The position numbers and the translations under genes were made by a program. Source: Acinetobacter phage Presley. From it: 64,000 nt of DNA. Below the pieces are notes generated by a model. It made no database searches and was not told where the DNA came from. It worked only from the letters and a program-made list of their open reading frames with translations. Location of the stretch: sequence record KF669658.1; one strand, 5' to 3'. How positions within the stretch are numbered: the stretch's first letter is position 1; every line of letters begins with the position of its first letter. Below, one piece after another: positions 1 through 9,791 of this stretch.

Positions 1-1
1 C

Positions 2-493
2 CGTATCACTTCATATGTGAACTGGAAACCAGATGCAATTACTGAATTCAAACCTAACCATGGTGATATCAACTTCTCGTCTTGTCGTACTATGGAATTC
101 GTAAACGATATTCTTAAAGAGTCGGAAGGTGAAATTGATGCTGCAGCCAAGTTACTTATTAAAGGTGCACTTGGTAATGGTCGTGGTACAGAGTTCCTTG
201 GCTTCTGTGATTACTATACAGAAATTCCATCTATTGCTGACATCGTTAAAGATCCAATCAAAACACCAGTACCGGATGGTCTTGGACATCAATATGCATT
301 AGCAGGTGTACTGGCTACAGAAATGGATAAAAACAACGGTAAAGCAATTATCCAATACGCATCACGTTTAGGTAAAGAATTCCAAGTTGTAATGGCAGGT
401 GACGCTGCTAAGCGTAATCCGGGCCTTATGGCTATTCCAGAATTCACTACATGGATTAATGACAACATTAACCTACTAAACGCTGAAATCTAA
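2..493 (+). CDS. hypothetical protein, 5'-truncated by window edge (reading frame open to base 2; track start at 17 is GTG)
   Basis: No stop in frame between bases 2 and 17. Sits directly upstream of the VWA/HExxH gene, so it could be the C-terminus of a partner protein. No motif recognised. Confidence 0.4.
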   Translation, partial: RITSYVNWKPDAITEFKPNHGDINFSSCRTMEFVNDILKESEGEIDAAAKLLIKGALGNGRGTEFLGFCDYYTEIPSIADIVKDPIKTPVPDGLGHQYALAGVLATEMDKNNGKAIIQYASRLGKEFQVVMAGDAAKRNPGLMAIPEFTTWINDNINLLNAEI

Positions 494-496
494 ACA

Positions 497-523
497 CATG
501 GGGCTTAGGCCCCATTCTTATTG
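497..523 (+). terminator. terminator-like hairpin (TGGGGC-ttag-GCCCCA + TTCTTATTGG)
   Basis: GC hairpin plus a T-rich tract between the first two genes. Confidence 0.5.
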
Positions 524-532
524 GTAATAAAT

Positions 533-1045
533 ATGAGCAACACTATTCCACACCGATTTAACCACTTTACTGATGAAGCACGAAACCAGCTTCCTCAAGT
601 AATGAACGAAGCATACATTACAGTACCTCGTTTTATGGTTTCATCCTTAGAACGGTACTTTGATCGTCATATTGATGGAGTCCCTGCTTGTTTAGAAAAT
701 TCAAACATTGCATGGGATGACTTTGCGTTAAAGTATTCACCTGTAGATGAACAGTATCCTGATTTCGTTGTAAAGCTTTATGCAGCAGGTATCCCGTTTT
801 ATTACCAATATGAATTTTGTGAAGACATCTCTCAAACAATTTATTTCATACCGGGTAAGAATAACTCGAACCTAACCTTTGTTAGACCAAACCTGTTCTA
901 TGTAAAGAAAGCACAATGGAACAGACTAATCATGGGCAAGATAAACAATAAGATCTTAGATAATTATTGTAATCATTTAACTGCCCGACTTAACTTAATA
1001 GGTGATTGGACTCAATTACCTGGTGACTGGAACAAAGACCTATGA
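533..1045 (+). CDS. hypothetical protein
   Basis: The track start at 521 is TTG. The first ATG is at 533 (MSNTIPHRF...) and follows the terminator-like hairpin at 497-523. Confidence 0.5.
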   Translation: MSNTIPHRFNHFTDEARNQLPQVMNEAYITVPRFMVSSLERYFDRHIDGVPACLENSNIAWDDFALKYSPVDEQYPDFVVKLYAAGIPFYYQYEFCEDISQTIYFIPGKNNSNLTFVRPNLFYVKKAQWNRLIMGKINNKILDNYCNHLTARLNLIGDWTQLPGDWNKDL

Positions 1046-2247
1046 CAGATCCAATCGAAGAAAAGAAACAGGGTATACACGATGTAGACCCTGATATTAA
1101 AGATCGTGCTAATCAGAAGATCTTGATGTCCAAGACAGCATTATTAAATCGTTCTGATTTCACATTCTTCTCATCAATACTATTAAAGCTAAAGATCATC
1201 TTGGATATGCGTATTCCTACCGCATGTACAGATGGTCGTACTATTCGCTTTAATCCAGTATTCCTTGAAGACTATGACCAGAAGGAAACAACCTTCATCA
1301 TGATGCATGAGCTCATGCACGTAGTCTATAAACATCTAGGTCGTGTCAATGGACGTGACCATAAGATGTGGAACGTAGCATGTGACTATGTAATTAATGG
1401 TCAGCTTACTAAGCTTGGATTCAAACGTCCTAAGACTGCATTATTCGATACTCGTTTTAATGATCGTACTGCAGATGATGTGTACTTTGAATTATTCCAA
1501 GATGCTATGGCTAATCCAAGTAAACCACGTCCTGAACCAGATCATAATGATATTGGTGAAGACCTGACTGATCAACAGTTAGAAGATCTCAATGAAGCTA
1601 TTGATGATCTAATTGTTAGCGGTACTGTAGCAGCACAGAACGCAGGTAATGATGCTGCAGGTAATATTCCCGGTGAACTATTACGCCGCTATCAAGAACT
1701 CACAAATCCTACTGTACCGTGGGAGAAATTATTACGTAACTTCTTAGAAGGACGTGCAAAGAATGATTTCTCTATGGCTCGTCCATCACGCCGTCATTTA
1801 GCACATGGCATGTATCTACCAAGTCTCTATAGTGAAAACTTAGAACAAATTGACTTTGCTATTGACGTATCAGGTTCAGTAGATGAAATCATGCTTGAAA
1901 AGTTCATTAGCGAAGTAGCAGGTATCTTCAAGGCATTCACACCTGAATGTATTGGGGTATACCAGTTCGACCATGAACTTAAAAAACATGATGTAGTTTA
2001 TAGTCTGGAAGACTTCAAGAAAATTACATATAACGGTGGCGGTGGTACAGATGTATTACCAGTCCTAGATTATTATCGTGAAAACCAAGCTAAAGCATTA
2101 GTAATTATTACTGATGGTTACTTCTGTCATGATAAATCTTGGGACCCACGTAAACCTGTAATTTGGGTGGTGTATGACAACCCGACCTGGAAACCCCATT
2201 TCGGTGAAGTCGCACACTTTGATATTGACAAATTCATGGGCAGATAA
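1042..2247 (+). CDS. VWA (von Willebrand factor A) domain protein with N-terminal HExxH metallopeptidase-like domain
   Basis: HELMHVVYKH (HExxH) in the N-terminal half. MIDAS-like DxSGS (AIDVSGSVDE) in the C-terminal half. ATGA overlap with the upstream gene. Confidence 0.7.
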   Translation: MTDPIEEKKQGIHDVDPDIKDRANQKILMSKTALLNRSDFTFFSSILLKLKIILDMRIPTACTDGRTIRFNPVFLEDYDQKETTFIMMHELMHVVYKHLGRVNGRDHKMWNVACDYVINGQLTKLGFKRPKTALFDTRFNDRTADDVYFELFQDAMANPSKPRPEPDHNDIGEDLTDQQLEDLNEAIDDLIVSGTVAAQNAGNDAAGNIPGELLRRYQELTNPTVPWEKLLRNFLEGRAKNDFSMARPSRRHLAHGMYLPSLYSENLEQIDFAIDVSGSVDEIMLEKFISEVAGIFKAFTPECIGVYQFDHELKKHDVVYSLEDFKKITYNGGGGTDVLPVLDYYRENQAKALVIITDGYFCHDKSWDPRKPVIWVVYDNPTWKPHFGEVAHFDIDKFMGR

Positions 2248-2252
2248 GGTCA

Positions 2253-3479
2253 ATGAGCGTTACGCTTTCCAATGATCAACAAATTGCCTTAGCCAAATTA
2301 ATCGCATTACTTGGCGATCCTAACCAGAAGTACCTATGTATCATGGGTGCTGCTGGTACAGGTAAAACTACATTAATGCGAACCTTCTTAGAGAAGTTCC
2401 ATCAATATCAGAAAAGCATTCAATCATTAAATCCAAAGCATGTACCACATGACTTGGTATTCACTGCAACTACCAACAAGGCAGTAGAAGCCCTAGAAAC
2501 ATCATTAGGGCAAGAATGCAAAACAATACACTCATTTCTTGGTTTAACCCTTACTTATGAAAATGGTAAGGAAGTCTTAGCAGATCGTAAAAACATGACT
2601 TTCACTAACAAGTTAATTGTTATTGATGAGTCTAGTTATATCGATGAAATCCTTATGGAATATCTGCTTGCTAAAACCAAGAAATGCAAGATTGTATTTA
2701 TGGGAGATCCTGAGCAATTAACACCAGTAGGTTTAGATTACTCACCTGCATTTGACGATTCACTAGATTCTGTGACTCTATCTCAGATTATGCGTCAAGC
2801 AGACGATAACCCCATTCAAGACTTCTCAAGAAAACTCAGAGAGTATGTACAAGGTGGTCCATTACCTAATCCAGAAGTAGATGATATTCACATCATCCAC
2901 ATGGATAAAAATGAATTTAACGCAGCTATGCTACGTGTATTCACAGACACATCTTATACACATTCTCAGGCTAAGTTTCTATGTTGGCGAAATGCAACTG
3001 CCATACGTGTAGGGCAGATGATTAAAGAACATGTAAGTAGTACGCCTAATTTCGCACCGGGCGACTATGCGGTATCTAACCGCTACCTAAAAAATCCAAT
3101 ACGTAATATCAAGACAGATCAAATCGTATTTATTCGTAGTGTTAAAGCAGCAACTCAGTTTGGTGTTCCAGGATATGAAATGACATTAGGCAATGGCCTT
3201 GATGTATTCATGCCTGCTAATCACGAAGATATCGATAAAACCAAGCAAAAGCTATTTGAAACGAAGCGTAGCGACTTCTATAAGATAGACCAATCTTGGG
3301 TAGATCTACGTCCTGTATATGCGTGTACCATTCACAAATCCCAAGGCAGTACCTACGACACTGTGTTTATAGATCTGGATGACTTTCATGGTTGTAAAGA
3401 CCAAGACCTGTTAGCCAGATTGTTATATGTAGGTATTAGCCGAGCACGGGAACGAATCATACTCACGGGAGAGTTATGA
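2253..3479 (+). CDS. Dda-like SF1B DNA helicase
   Basis: Walker A GAAGTGKTT, Walker B VIDESSY, motif III MGDPEQLTPVG, motif VI VGISRARERIILTG. SD AAGGT precedes the start. Confidence 0.75.
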   Translation: MSVTLSNDQQIALAKLIALLGDPNQKYLCIMGAAGTGKTTLMRTFLEKFHQYQKSIQSLNPKHVPHDLVFTATTNKAVEALETSLGQECKTIHSFLGLTLTYENGKEVLADRKNMTFTNKLIVIDESSYIDEILMEYLLAKTKKCKIVFMGDPEQLTPVGLDYSPAFDDSLDSVTLSQIMRQADDNPIQDFSRKLREYVQGGPLPNPEVDDIHIIHMDKNEFNAAMLRVFTDTSYTHSQAKFLCWRNATAIRVGQMIKEHVSSTPNFAPGDYAVSNRYLKNPIRNIKTDQIVFIRSVKAATQFGVPGYEMTLGNGLDVFMPANHEDIDKTKQKLFETKRSDFYKIDQSWVDLRPVYACTIHKSQGSTYDTVFIDLDDFHGCKDQDLLARLLYVGISRARERIILTGEL

Positions 3480-4114
3480 GTCCTCTTGGTTTAGTAACAC
3501 AGTACCTACGTCAGAAACATAGCTACCTTAGCCGTCTACCAATTATAGGCAAAGGTGCTTTTTCAATTGTTTATGCAGACGGACCAGATCGTTGTATTAA
3601 AGTCTCTATCTGCAATGCCTACCGTGAGTTCTATTTATCTATGCCAGAAGATGAACATCCTCATATTGCATTACCTAATGTATATGACTATGAACATTTA
3701 TCTGAGATGGATATAGCTAGACCTGACATGGGCCTAGAAACCCATTTAGACATATCTCTTTACCGCTTAGAGCGATATAACAAGTTCACCCTTACGAATG
3801 CACCTAAAGAATCCGCTTACGCTGTGCGCGAATTCAAGGGCATTATTGAGGGTTCATACCGTTATGGTCATGCTGATGTGAAACTCTATTATGAAAAATA
3901 TATGGAGTTGGTTAAACAGAAGCATGAAATCGATTCACCTGCTTATTTGTTCTATGAACAGTTAGGCATGATTAGTGCCAATAGTGGTTATAACTTCGAT
4001 GGGTACAAACGTAGTAACTTTGCGACTAACCAAGAAGGTAAGGCAGTCTTATTAGATCCTCTATTTGACTGCCGATTACACCGTAAGCTGTACTGTTCCA
4101 ATGTACCATTCTAG
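3476..4114 (+). CDS. hypothetical protein with protein-kinase-like N-lobe motifs (tentative atypical kinase)
   Basis: IGKGAFSIVY (G-x-G-x-F-S-x-V glycine loop), RCIKV (VAIK-type lysine), HADVKL (HxDxK catalytic-loop-like), LLDPLFD. ATGA-coupled to the helicase gene. Confidence 0.4.
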   Translation: MSPLGLVTQYLRQKHSYLSRLPIIGKGAFSIVYADGPDRCIKVSICNAYREFYLSMPEDEHPHIALPNVYDYEHLSEMDIARPDMGLETHLDISLYRLERYNKFTLTNAPKESAYAVREFKGIIEGSYRYGHADVKLYYEKYMELVKQKHEIDSPAYLFYEQLGMISANSGYNFDGYKRSNFATNQEGKAVLLDPLFDCRLHRKLYCSNVPF

Positions 4115-4124
4115 GTAGGAGATC

Positions 4125-4637
4125 ATGGCTAATATGAATCTACGTGGAGCACTGAGTAATAAGATCATTGATCTGTTAGATACATCAGTTAATAACGCTA
4201 TGGAGCGTGCAGTGCATTCATTCCTTAAAAAGAATAATGCTAAGCACGGTAATCGTTATTTATGCTTCCAATATAAGCGCGAGTTCTATCCGTCTAAAGG
4301 ACTCACACGTACTCAACAACGTGATTTTTCAATTCCATTAGATAAATCACTCCATAATGATTTTGAGGAGTACCATAAACTTTTAGTACAAGACTACCAA
4401 GTTTTCAGATCCAAAATGAGGCACTATATAGCACGTATATTCAGAAGTGCTAGTAGTCACCAAGAGCTCATGTCCATGCTACCAAGTGGGCTACACCCTG
4501 CTCTTGAAATCCTTGAGTTCGTTCCGTTGGCTTCTGCCAAAGGCATCAGTGATGAAGAACGTGAGGAATTATCCGATTACTATGCACCGATACTGAATGA
4601 AGTCCATAAGTATCTTTCGGTGAAAAACTTAATATGA
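4125..4637 (+). CDS. hypothetical protein
   Basis: ATG preceded by TAGGAGA SD. Overlaps the polymerase start (ATGA). Confidence 0.55.
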   Translation: MANMNLRGALSNKIIDLLDTSVNNAMERAVHSFLKKNNAKHGNRYLCFQYKREFYPSKGLTRTQQRDFSIPLDKSLHNDFEEYHKLLVQDYQVFRSKMRHYIARIFRSASSHQELMSMLPSGLHPALEILEFVPLASAKGISDEEREELSDYYAPILNEVHKYLSVKNLI

Positions 4638-7255
4638 AAACACTCACTTTTGGGAAAAATCCAAATCGTAAATATCCTATTGCTATCCTAATCAAAACAG
4701 CCAGTTTAGAAGAAGACGGTATTAGACAGTATTACGTGGACCCAATGGTTGAAGCGGGTATTAATCCAGAAGATATCATTGCTATCGAGTTGCAGTACAA
4801 CAGTTCCAATAAAGCCCCGGCTAAGTTAATCAAGGATTACCTTGAATTAATTGCACCTGCTTTAGCTAAGATGGAAGTGGAACATATCTATTGTGCAGAC
4901 AGTGCTTATTTCAAGGCATTAACCAAAGAAAAGAAAGCTGATCCACATATAGGTAATATTGTTCCATGTCGCTTTAATAAAGACTTAGAGCACATTAATG
5001 TGGCTTATGGTTTAAACCATAGCTCATTAATTTATAACCCTGCTCAAAAGGATAAAATTGAAGCATCCATTACAGCACTCATTAATGTTGTAGGTGGAAA
5101 CTTTAAGGAAACGTGTATCGAGTTTACTGATGAACGTTACCCAATAGATTTCCAAGACATTAAAGAAGAATTGGCTTATTTACATCAATTCGATGAACTA
5201 GCAGTAGATATTGAAACCTTTGGTTTGAAACTAAACAAAGCAGGATTGGGAACAATTAGCTTTGCTGAATCTATTACCTCTGGTTGTGCATTCTTCATTG
5301 ATTATTATCCAATTGACCCACAAGAAGGTTTATTTGCCACACGGCGGATAAATGCACCAGTACGTAGGATTCTAAAGAAATTCTTTGAAGACTACCAAGG
5401 CAAGCTTGTAGCACATAATGCGAGCTTTGACTTTCGTATCCTGATCTATGAATTATTCATGGAACACCCATTGGATAAGAAAGGAATGATTCACGGTATT
5501 CACACATTATGTCGATGCTTTGATGACACCAAGATCATTGCCTACTGTGCTTTAAACAGTACAGCAGAAACCAGTTATGGTTTGAAATCATTAGGCCAAG
5601 GTTACGCAGGCAACTATGCAGAAGAAGATATCAAAGATATCCGTAAAATCGAACCATTTAACTTATTGCGATATAACTTATCAGATACCTGTACTACGTT
5701 ATGGGTTAAAGAGAAGTATTATCCAATTATGGTCAGAGATGACCAGTTAGATGTATATGAGCAAATCATGCTCCCAATGCAGAAAGTATTACTGCAATGT
5801 GAATTACATGGTATGCCTATGTTCGATGAGCGTATCCAAGAAGTTAAACAAACTTTGACAGATTATGCAGATGGTTATCTTGATACCATTTATGGCAGTC
5901 ACTATGTAGCTGAGGTAACTCACCTCATTCAAGTGGCTGAAATGAATGCTGCTAATGCCAAGCTTAAAACCAAACAACATCCTTTATCACATTTCAAAGA
6001 TAAAGAGTTCAACCCGAACAGTCCTAAACAGTTATGTAGACTACTGTATGAGGTAATGGAATTACCAGAATTAGGATACACCCCTACTGGTCAACCTACT
6101 GTAGATGGGGACACACTAGAAAACTTATGTAATCACACCAATGATCAAGATAAGTTAGATCTGCTTAAAGCATTAGTGGGCTTCTTCAAAGTAGATAAGA
6201 TCATGTCTACGTTTATACCTGCATTTGAGAGTGGAATTCTCAAAGCAGATGGTATGCGTTACTTACATGGATCATTTAATATCGGCGGTACACGATCTGG
6301 ACGTTTATCGTCATCAGATCCAAACCTACAACAGATACCTAGTAACTCTGCTTATGGTGATTTAATCAAATTAATCTTTGGTGCACCTGATGGTTACATC
6401 ATGGTAGGTGCAGATTTTAACTCGTTAGAGGATTACATCTCTGCGCTTTTATCCAAAGATACTAATAAGCTCAAGGTTTACCTTGATGGTTATGATGGTC
6501 ACTGTCTACGTGCATTCTATTACTTCCGTGAGAAAATGCCTGATATTAATGAATCTGTTGAATCAATCAACAGTATCAAGAAAAAGTATCCAGACTTACG
6601 ACAAGATTCTAAGGCCCCTACATTTGCCTTAACTTATGGTGGTACTAATCATGCACTTCAAAAGCAATGTGGTTTCGATAAAGAGACTGCTATTGATATT
6701 GAAGAAAAATACCATGAGTTATATCGAGAATCTGATGAATACGTTCAAAGACGTTTAAATGAGGTATCTCGTAAAGGTTATGCAGAATTAGCCTTTGGCT
6801 TCCGTATTCGTGCACCATTACTTAAAGCTACTGTTCATGGTTCGCGTCAGCAAATTCGTGCAGCAGCAGGTGAAGGTCGTACAGTAGGTAACGCTCTTGG
6901 TCAATCGTATGGCCTGTTAAATAACAGATCCATGATTGCATTTATGCGTAAGGTATGGAAATCACCTTATATATACGACATTATGCCGATTGCACCAATT
7001 CACGATGCATCTTACTACATCATCAAAGATGATCCAGATGTACTTAAATTCGTAAATGATCATCTCATTGAAGAAATGGAATGGCAGGAACTTCCAGAGA
7101 TCTGGCATGACAAAGTACGTATTGGAGCAGAACTTGATGTGTTTTATCCAGACTGGAAACACGCTATTACTTTAAAGAATAGATGGACCAGAGAACAAAT
7201 CCTTGATCATATCGATCAAACCATGGCTAAACGTGAGGAAGAAGAGAATGAGTAA
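4634..7255 (+). CDS. DNA polymerase, family A (Pol I/T7-like) with 3'-5' exonuclease domain
   Basis: Exo motifs DIETFGL, HNASFDF, YNLSDT. Pol motif A RSGRLSSSDPNLQQIP, motif B QDSKAPTFALTYGG, motif C HDAS. Confidence 0.9.
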   Translation: MKTLTFGKNPNRKYPIAILIKTASLEEDGIRQYYVDPMVEAGINPEDIIAIELQYNSSNKAPAKLIKDYLELIAPALAKMEVEHIYCADSAYFKALTKEKKADPHIGNIVPCRFNKDLEHINVAYGLNHSSLIYNPAQKDKIEASITALINVVGGNFKETCIEFTDERYPIDFQDIKEELAYLHQFDELAVDIETFGLKLNKAGLGTISFAESITSGCAFFIDYYPIDPQEGLFATRRINAPVRRILKKFFEDYQGKLVAHNASFDFRILIYELFMEHPLDKKGMIHGIHTLCRCFDDTKIIAYCALNSTAETSYGLKSLGQGYAGNYAEEDIKDIRKIEPFNLLRYNLSDTCTTLWVKEKYYPIMVRDDQLDVYEQIMLPMQKVLLQCELHGMPMFDERIQEVKQTLTDYADGYLDTIYGSHYVAEVTHLIQVAEMNAANAKLKTKQHPLSHFKDKEFNPNSPKQLCRLLYEVMELPELGYTPTGQPTVDGDTLENLCNHTNDQDKLDLLKALVGFFKVDKIMSTFIPAFESGILKADGMRYLHGSFNIGGTRSGRLSSSDPNLQQIPSNSAYGDLIKLIFGAPDGYIMVGADFNSLEDYISALLSKDTNKLKVYLDGYDGHCLRAFYYFREKMPDINESVESINSIKKKYPDLRQDSKAPTFALTYGGTNHALQKQCGFDKETAIDIEEKYHELYRESDEYVQRRLNEVSRKGYAELAFGFRIRAPLLKATVHGSRQQIRAAAGEGRTVGNALGQSYGLLNNRSMIAFMRKVWKSPYIYDIMPIAPIHDASYYIIKDDPDVLKFVNDHLIEEMEWQELPEIWHDKVRIGAELDVFYPDWKHAITLKNRWTREQILDHIDQTMAKREEEENE

Positions 7256-7733
7256 CAAAGTCACCCAAGATGATATTGATAATATCTTGACTACACGTGT
7301 AACTATTTACACTAAGCACATAACTACTCCTACACCGTATGTAGAAGCTACTGCTTGGTTAGATAATCAATTCATTTTGGATACAGCAATTTCTAAAGCT
7401 GTAGATCCAGCCAACTTCGATTTAGAACTTGGCACGAAATACGCACGTGATGCCGTATTACGAAAAGCAACTGATAAGTTGTGGCAAATGGAAGGATATC
7501 TATTACATAACCAAATCAACAAAGAACGTGCAAGCACTTTCTTAACTCGTCTTAAAGATGAATATAACGAAGTAAATGCACGTGCAACTAAACTTGCTGC
7601 ATTCCTGCAGAAAGGCCAACCAGACAATATCAATACTGATGACTGGGAAGACTTAACAGAGCAGTATATGCATCAATCGCGTTATGAAGAGGTATTGGCT
7701 AAGCGTCTGCGAAAGCTAGGCCATCCAGTCTAA
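7248..7733 (+). CDS. hypothetical protein
   Basis: Track start 7203 lies inside polA. ATG at 7248 with SD GAGGAAGAAGAGA, overlapping the polA stop (ATGAGTAA). Confidence 0.5.
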   Translation: MSNKVTQDDIDNILTTRVTIYTKHITTPTPYVEATAWLDNQFILDTAISKAVDPANFDLELGTKYARDAVLRKATDKLWQMEGYLLHNQINKERASTFLTRLKDEYNEVNARATKLAAFLQKGQPDNINTDDWEDLTEQYMHQSRYEEVLAKRLRKLGHPV

Positions 7734-7755
7734 TACATAACTAATAGATCTAATA

Positions 7756-7782
7756 AAGGGGCCATTAGGCCCTTTTATTTAT
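7756..7782 (+). terminator. intrinsic terminator (AAGGGGCC-atta-GGCCCTT + TTATTTATTGG)
   Basis: 8-bp stem plus a U-run. The following TTTATTTATTGGAG closely matches the motif at 23503-23517. Confidence 0.65.
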
Positions 7783-7793
7783 TGGAGAACACT

Positions 7794-8177
7794 GTGCGAA
7801 CAAAATACGATGCAGATAAAGTCCAATCTTTATTAGAGTTCTTTATATGGATGGTTGCTAATAAGTATGAAATCCAGTTAAGCAATGAAAACATAGAATT
7901 CGATTTTGATTGTGGTATATGCCATAACGTCTGTGAATTTACTGAGGATCATTCAGAAAAAATATTACAGAAGTTATTTAGAAACTATTTCAAAATACCT
8001 GACTGTTACTTCGTACCTGATTATCCATTTGCAACTGGTAATTCAGATCCTACAGAAGAATACCGACAAACCCCTAACAAATATTTAGATACCGAATATG
8101 GGAATCTACGATGGACATTCATTGAATGGGCCATAGAGGAATTAACCAATAATGGTAAACGTTACATTGATGACTGA
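7794..8177 (+). CDS. hypothetical protein (GTG start; track used TTG 7782)
   Basis: GGAGA SD sits 5 nt before GTG 7794, immediately after the terminator at 7756-7782. Cys/His-rich CGICHNVCEF. Confidence 0.45.
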   Translation: MRTKYDADKVQSLLEFFIWMVANKYEIQLSNENIEFDFDCGICHNVCEFTEDHSEKILQKLFRNYFKIPDCYFVPDYPFATGNSDPTEEYRQTPNKYLDTEYGNLRWTFIEWAIEELTNNGKRYIDD

Positions 8178-8619
8178 TGCATCAATCTGTGGTGACACAG
8201 GTGTAGGTGGATATGGCTTTTGGGTTGTATCTTCAAGAGGTGGATTACCCGGACAAGGGAAATTCAAAACATTAACCAAGGATAGTTTACAAGGAGAACT
8301 TAAAGCAGTTATCAACTCACTATCCAAAGCAATCAAAATGGATGCCATTCAATATGGTGACAGTATTCTTATCCAATTAGATAACCAAGGTGTTATCGCT
8401 TGCATTGAAGGCAAATCTACACCACGTGCAGATATTGCACCTTTGTTGGATAAGCTCAAATGCATTGTAAAAGATCATGGACTCTCAATCTCATGTCGTC
8501 ATGTTAAGGCTCATACAAACCGTAAGGACAATCGTTATATAGCCAATAAGATGTGTGACCTAAGAGCTAAAGAGGAAATGCGTAAAGCAAGAAAATTATT
8601 GGAGAAAACCAAATGTTAG
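8152..8619 (+). CDS. RNase H (RNase HI-like)
   Basis: MTDASICGDTGVGGYGF aligns with E. coli RnhA TDGSCLGNPGPGGYG (D10). QGELKAV matches E48 and IQLDNQGV matches D70. HVKAHTNRKDNRYIANKMCD matches WVKGHAGHPENERCDELA (H124/D134). Confidence 0.75.
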   Translation: MVNVTLMTDASICGDTGVGGYGFWVVSSRGGLPGQGKFKTLTKDSLQGELKAVINSLSKAIKMDAIQYGDSILIQLDNQGVIACIEGKSTPRADIAPLLDKLKCIVKDHGLSISCRHVKAHTNRKDNRYIANKMCDLRAKEEMRKARKLLEKTKC

Positions 8620-9002
8620 AAAACTTTCCAGTTAGAGACGGTAAACCATATAACCTTACTACTATCCATGAAATCAAAGAAGGTCAGATCGTATATGACT
8701 GCAAAGGCCAACCACAAGAAGTAGTTAAGGTAGGTCGCCGTTGGATTACATTTAAGTGTCATTACATGACACGTGTAGATCTTAATACAGCATTGCAAGA
8801 ACCATCTAAATGGGGACATGCAAATAACAATCCAATATTCCCTACATACGAAGATTTCGAGAACTTTACACGTAATCGCGCTTATGTACATGCGGTACGT
8901 ACAAAGGTTAGTAAACGTATTGAAGATAGTTGGAACCTCACACTTAAACAGGCTATGGCTATTGAGTTAGCAGTTAGTGCAATACTTGGAGAACGTCTAT
9001 GA
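8613..9002 (+). CDS. hypothetical protein
   Basis: ORF with ATG overlapping the RNase H stop. No motif recognised. Confidence 0.5.
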   Translation: MLENFPVRDGKPYNLTTIHEIKEGQIVYDCKGQPQEVVKVGRRWITFKCHYMTRVDLNTALQEPSKWGHANNNPIFPTYEDFENFTRNRAYVHAVRTKVSKRIEDSWNLTLKQAMAIELAVSAILGERL

Positions 9003-9538
9003 TCGATGTCATCTATGACTCAGTAAAGTCTTACCTAGAACGTCATTTCAATCCTGACGAAATTGTAGAAGCCAACTGTACAGATGTAGGTACTATCCTA
9101 CATTCACGTGATTCAACCAAGTGGACGAATGCTACAGTTATTGGCTTAGATCCAGATGCACGATTCCGTCAAGTAATGGTACTCACAGACATCGGTAATG
9201 TTATGTACTTAACTTATCAAGAGATGTATGGAATCTACTCATTAGGTAAGAAGCGTGTATTACGAGATCCTTCACAAACATGGTTACCTACATACCATGA
9301 TGTAGACACCATGGGCCAACTCAAATACACCTATAAAGATTTATTAGCCAAAGCTAATGAAGCTACTGGAATCATCTTGTCTGGACAAGGATATGAGCTA
9401 GTAGAAGGCGCAACCTTCCATGATGCTATACATCCTCATGACAAATGGGTATTTGACACAGTATGCCGAGTTATTGAAACTCTACACCCTAATGTAGACA
9501 TGGAAGAAGTAATTAGCTATGCCAATGACTTTGAATGA
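8999..9538 (+). CDS. hypothetical protein
   Basis: ATGA-coupled ORF. Confidence 0.5.
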   Translation: MIDVIYDSVKSYLERHFNPDEIVEANCTDVGTILHSRDSTKWTNATVIGLDPDARFRQVMVLTDIGNVMYLTYQEMYGIYSLGKKRVLRDPSQTWLPTYHDVDTMGQLKYTYKDLLAKANEATGIILSGQGYELVEGATFHDAIHPHDKWVFDTVCRVIETLHPNVDMEEVISYANDFE

Positions 9539-9791
9539 TGTAATCAATGCAGCCGATATGCTTATAGCAACTAACGGCGACATAATTTCGTGGTTCGATG
9601 CATCTAAACTAGATATCAAAGAACAGAAATGTAATTTGTATAAAAACAACAAGTATGTGGACCGTGCGTCAATACACCGTAAGGTGGAGAAGACGGCACG
9701 TGACACATACGAAATGTTATTAGAAAGTGATGTTATCGAATTCCTTCCATATACCATGACGAAGGTGACTATCGATGGAACTGGAAATTAA
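9519..9791 (+). CDS. hypothetical protein
   Basis: Overlap-coupled small ORF. Confidence 0.45.
   Translation: MPMTLNDVINAADMLIATNGDIISWFDASKLDIKEQKCNLYKNNKYVDRASIHRKVEKTARDTYEMLLESDVIEFLPYTMTKVTIDGTGN

Noticed and set aside
521-532. TTG/GTG pseudo-starts used by the ORF track (521, 7782, 10832, 54227, 14893; GTG at 17)
   Set aside because: The track translates the first TTG/GTG as M. In each case a downstream ATG with an SD and/or a terminator hairpin in the extension makes the longer form unlikely.
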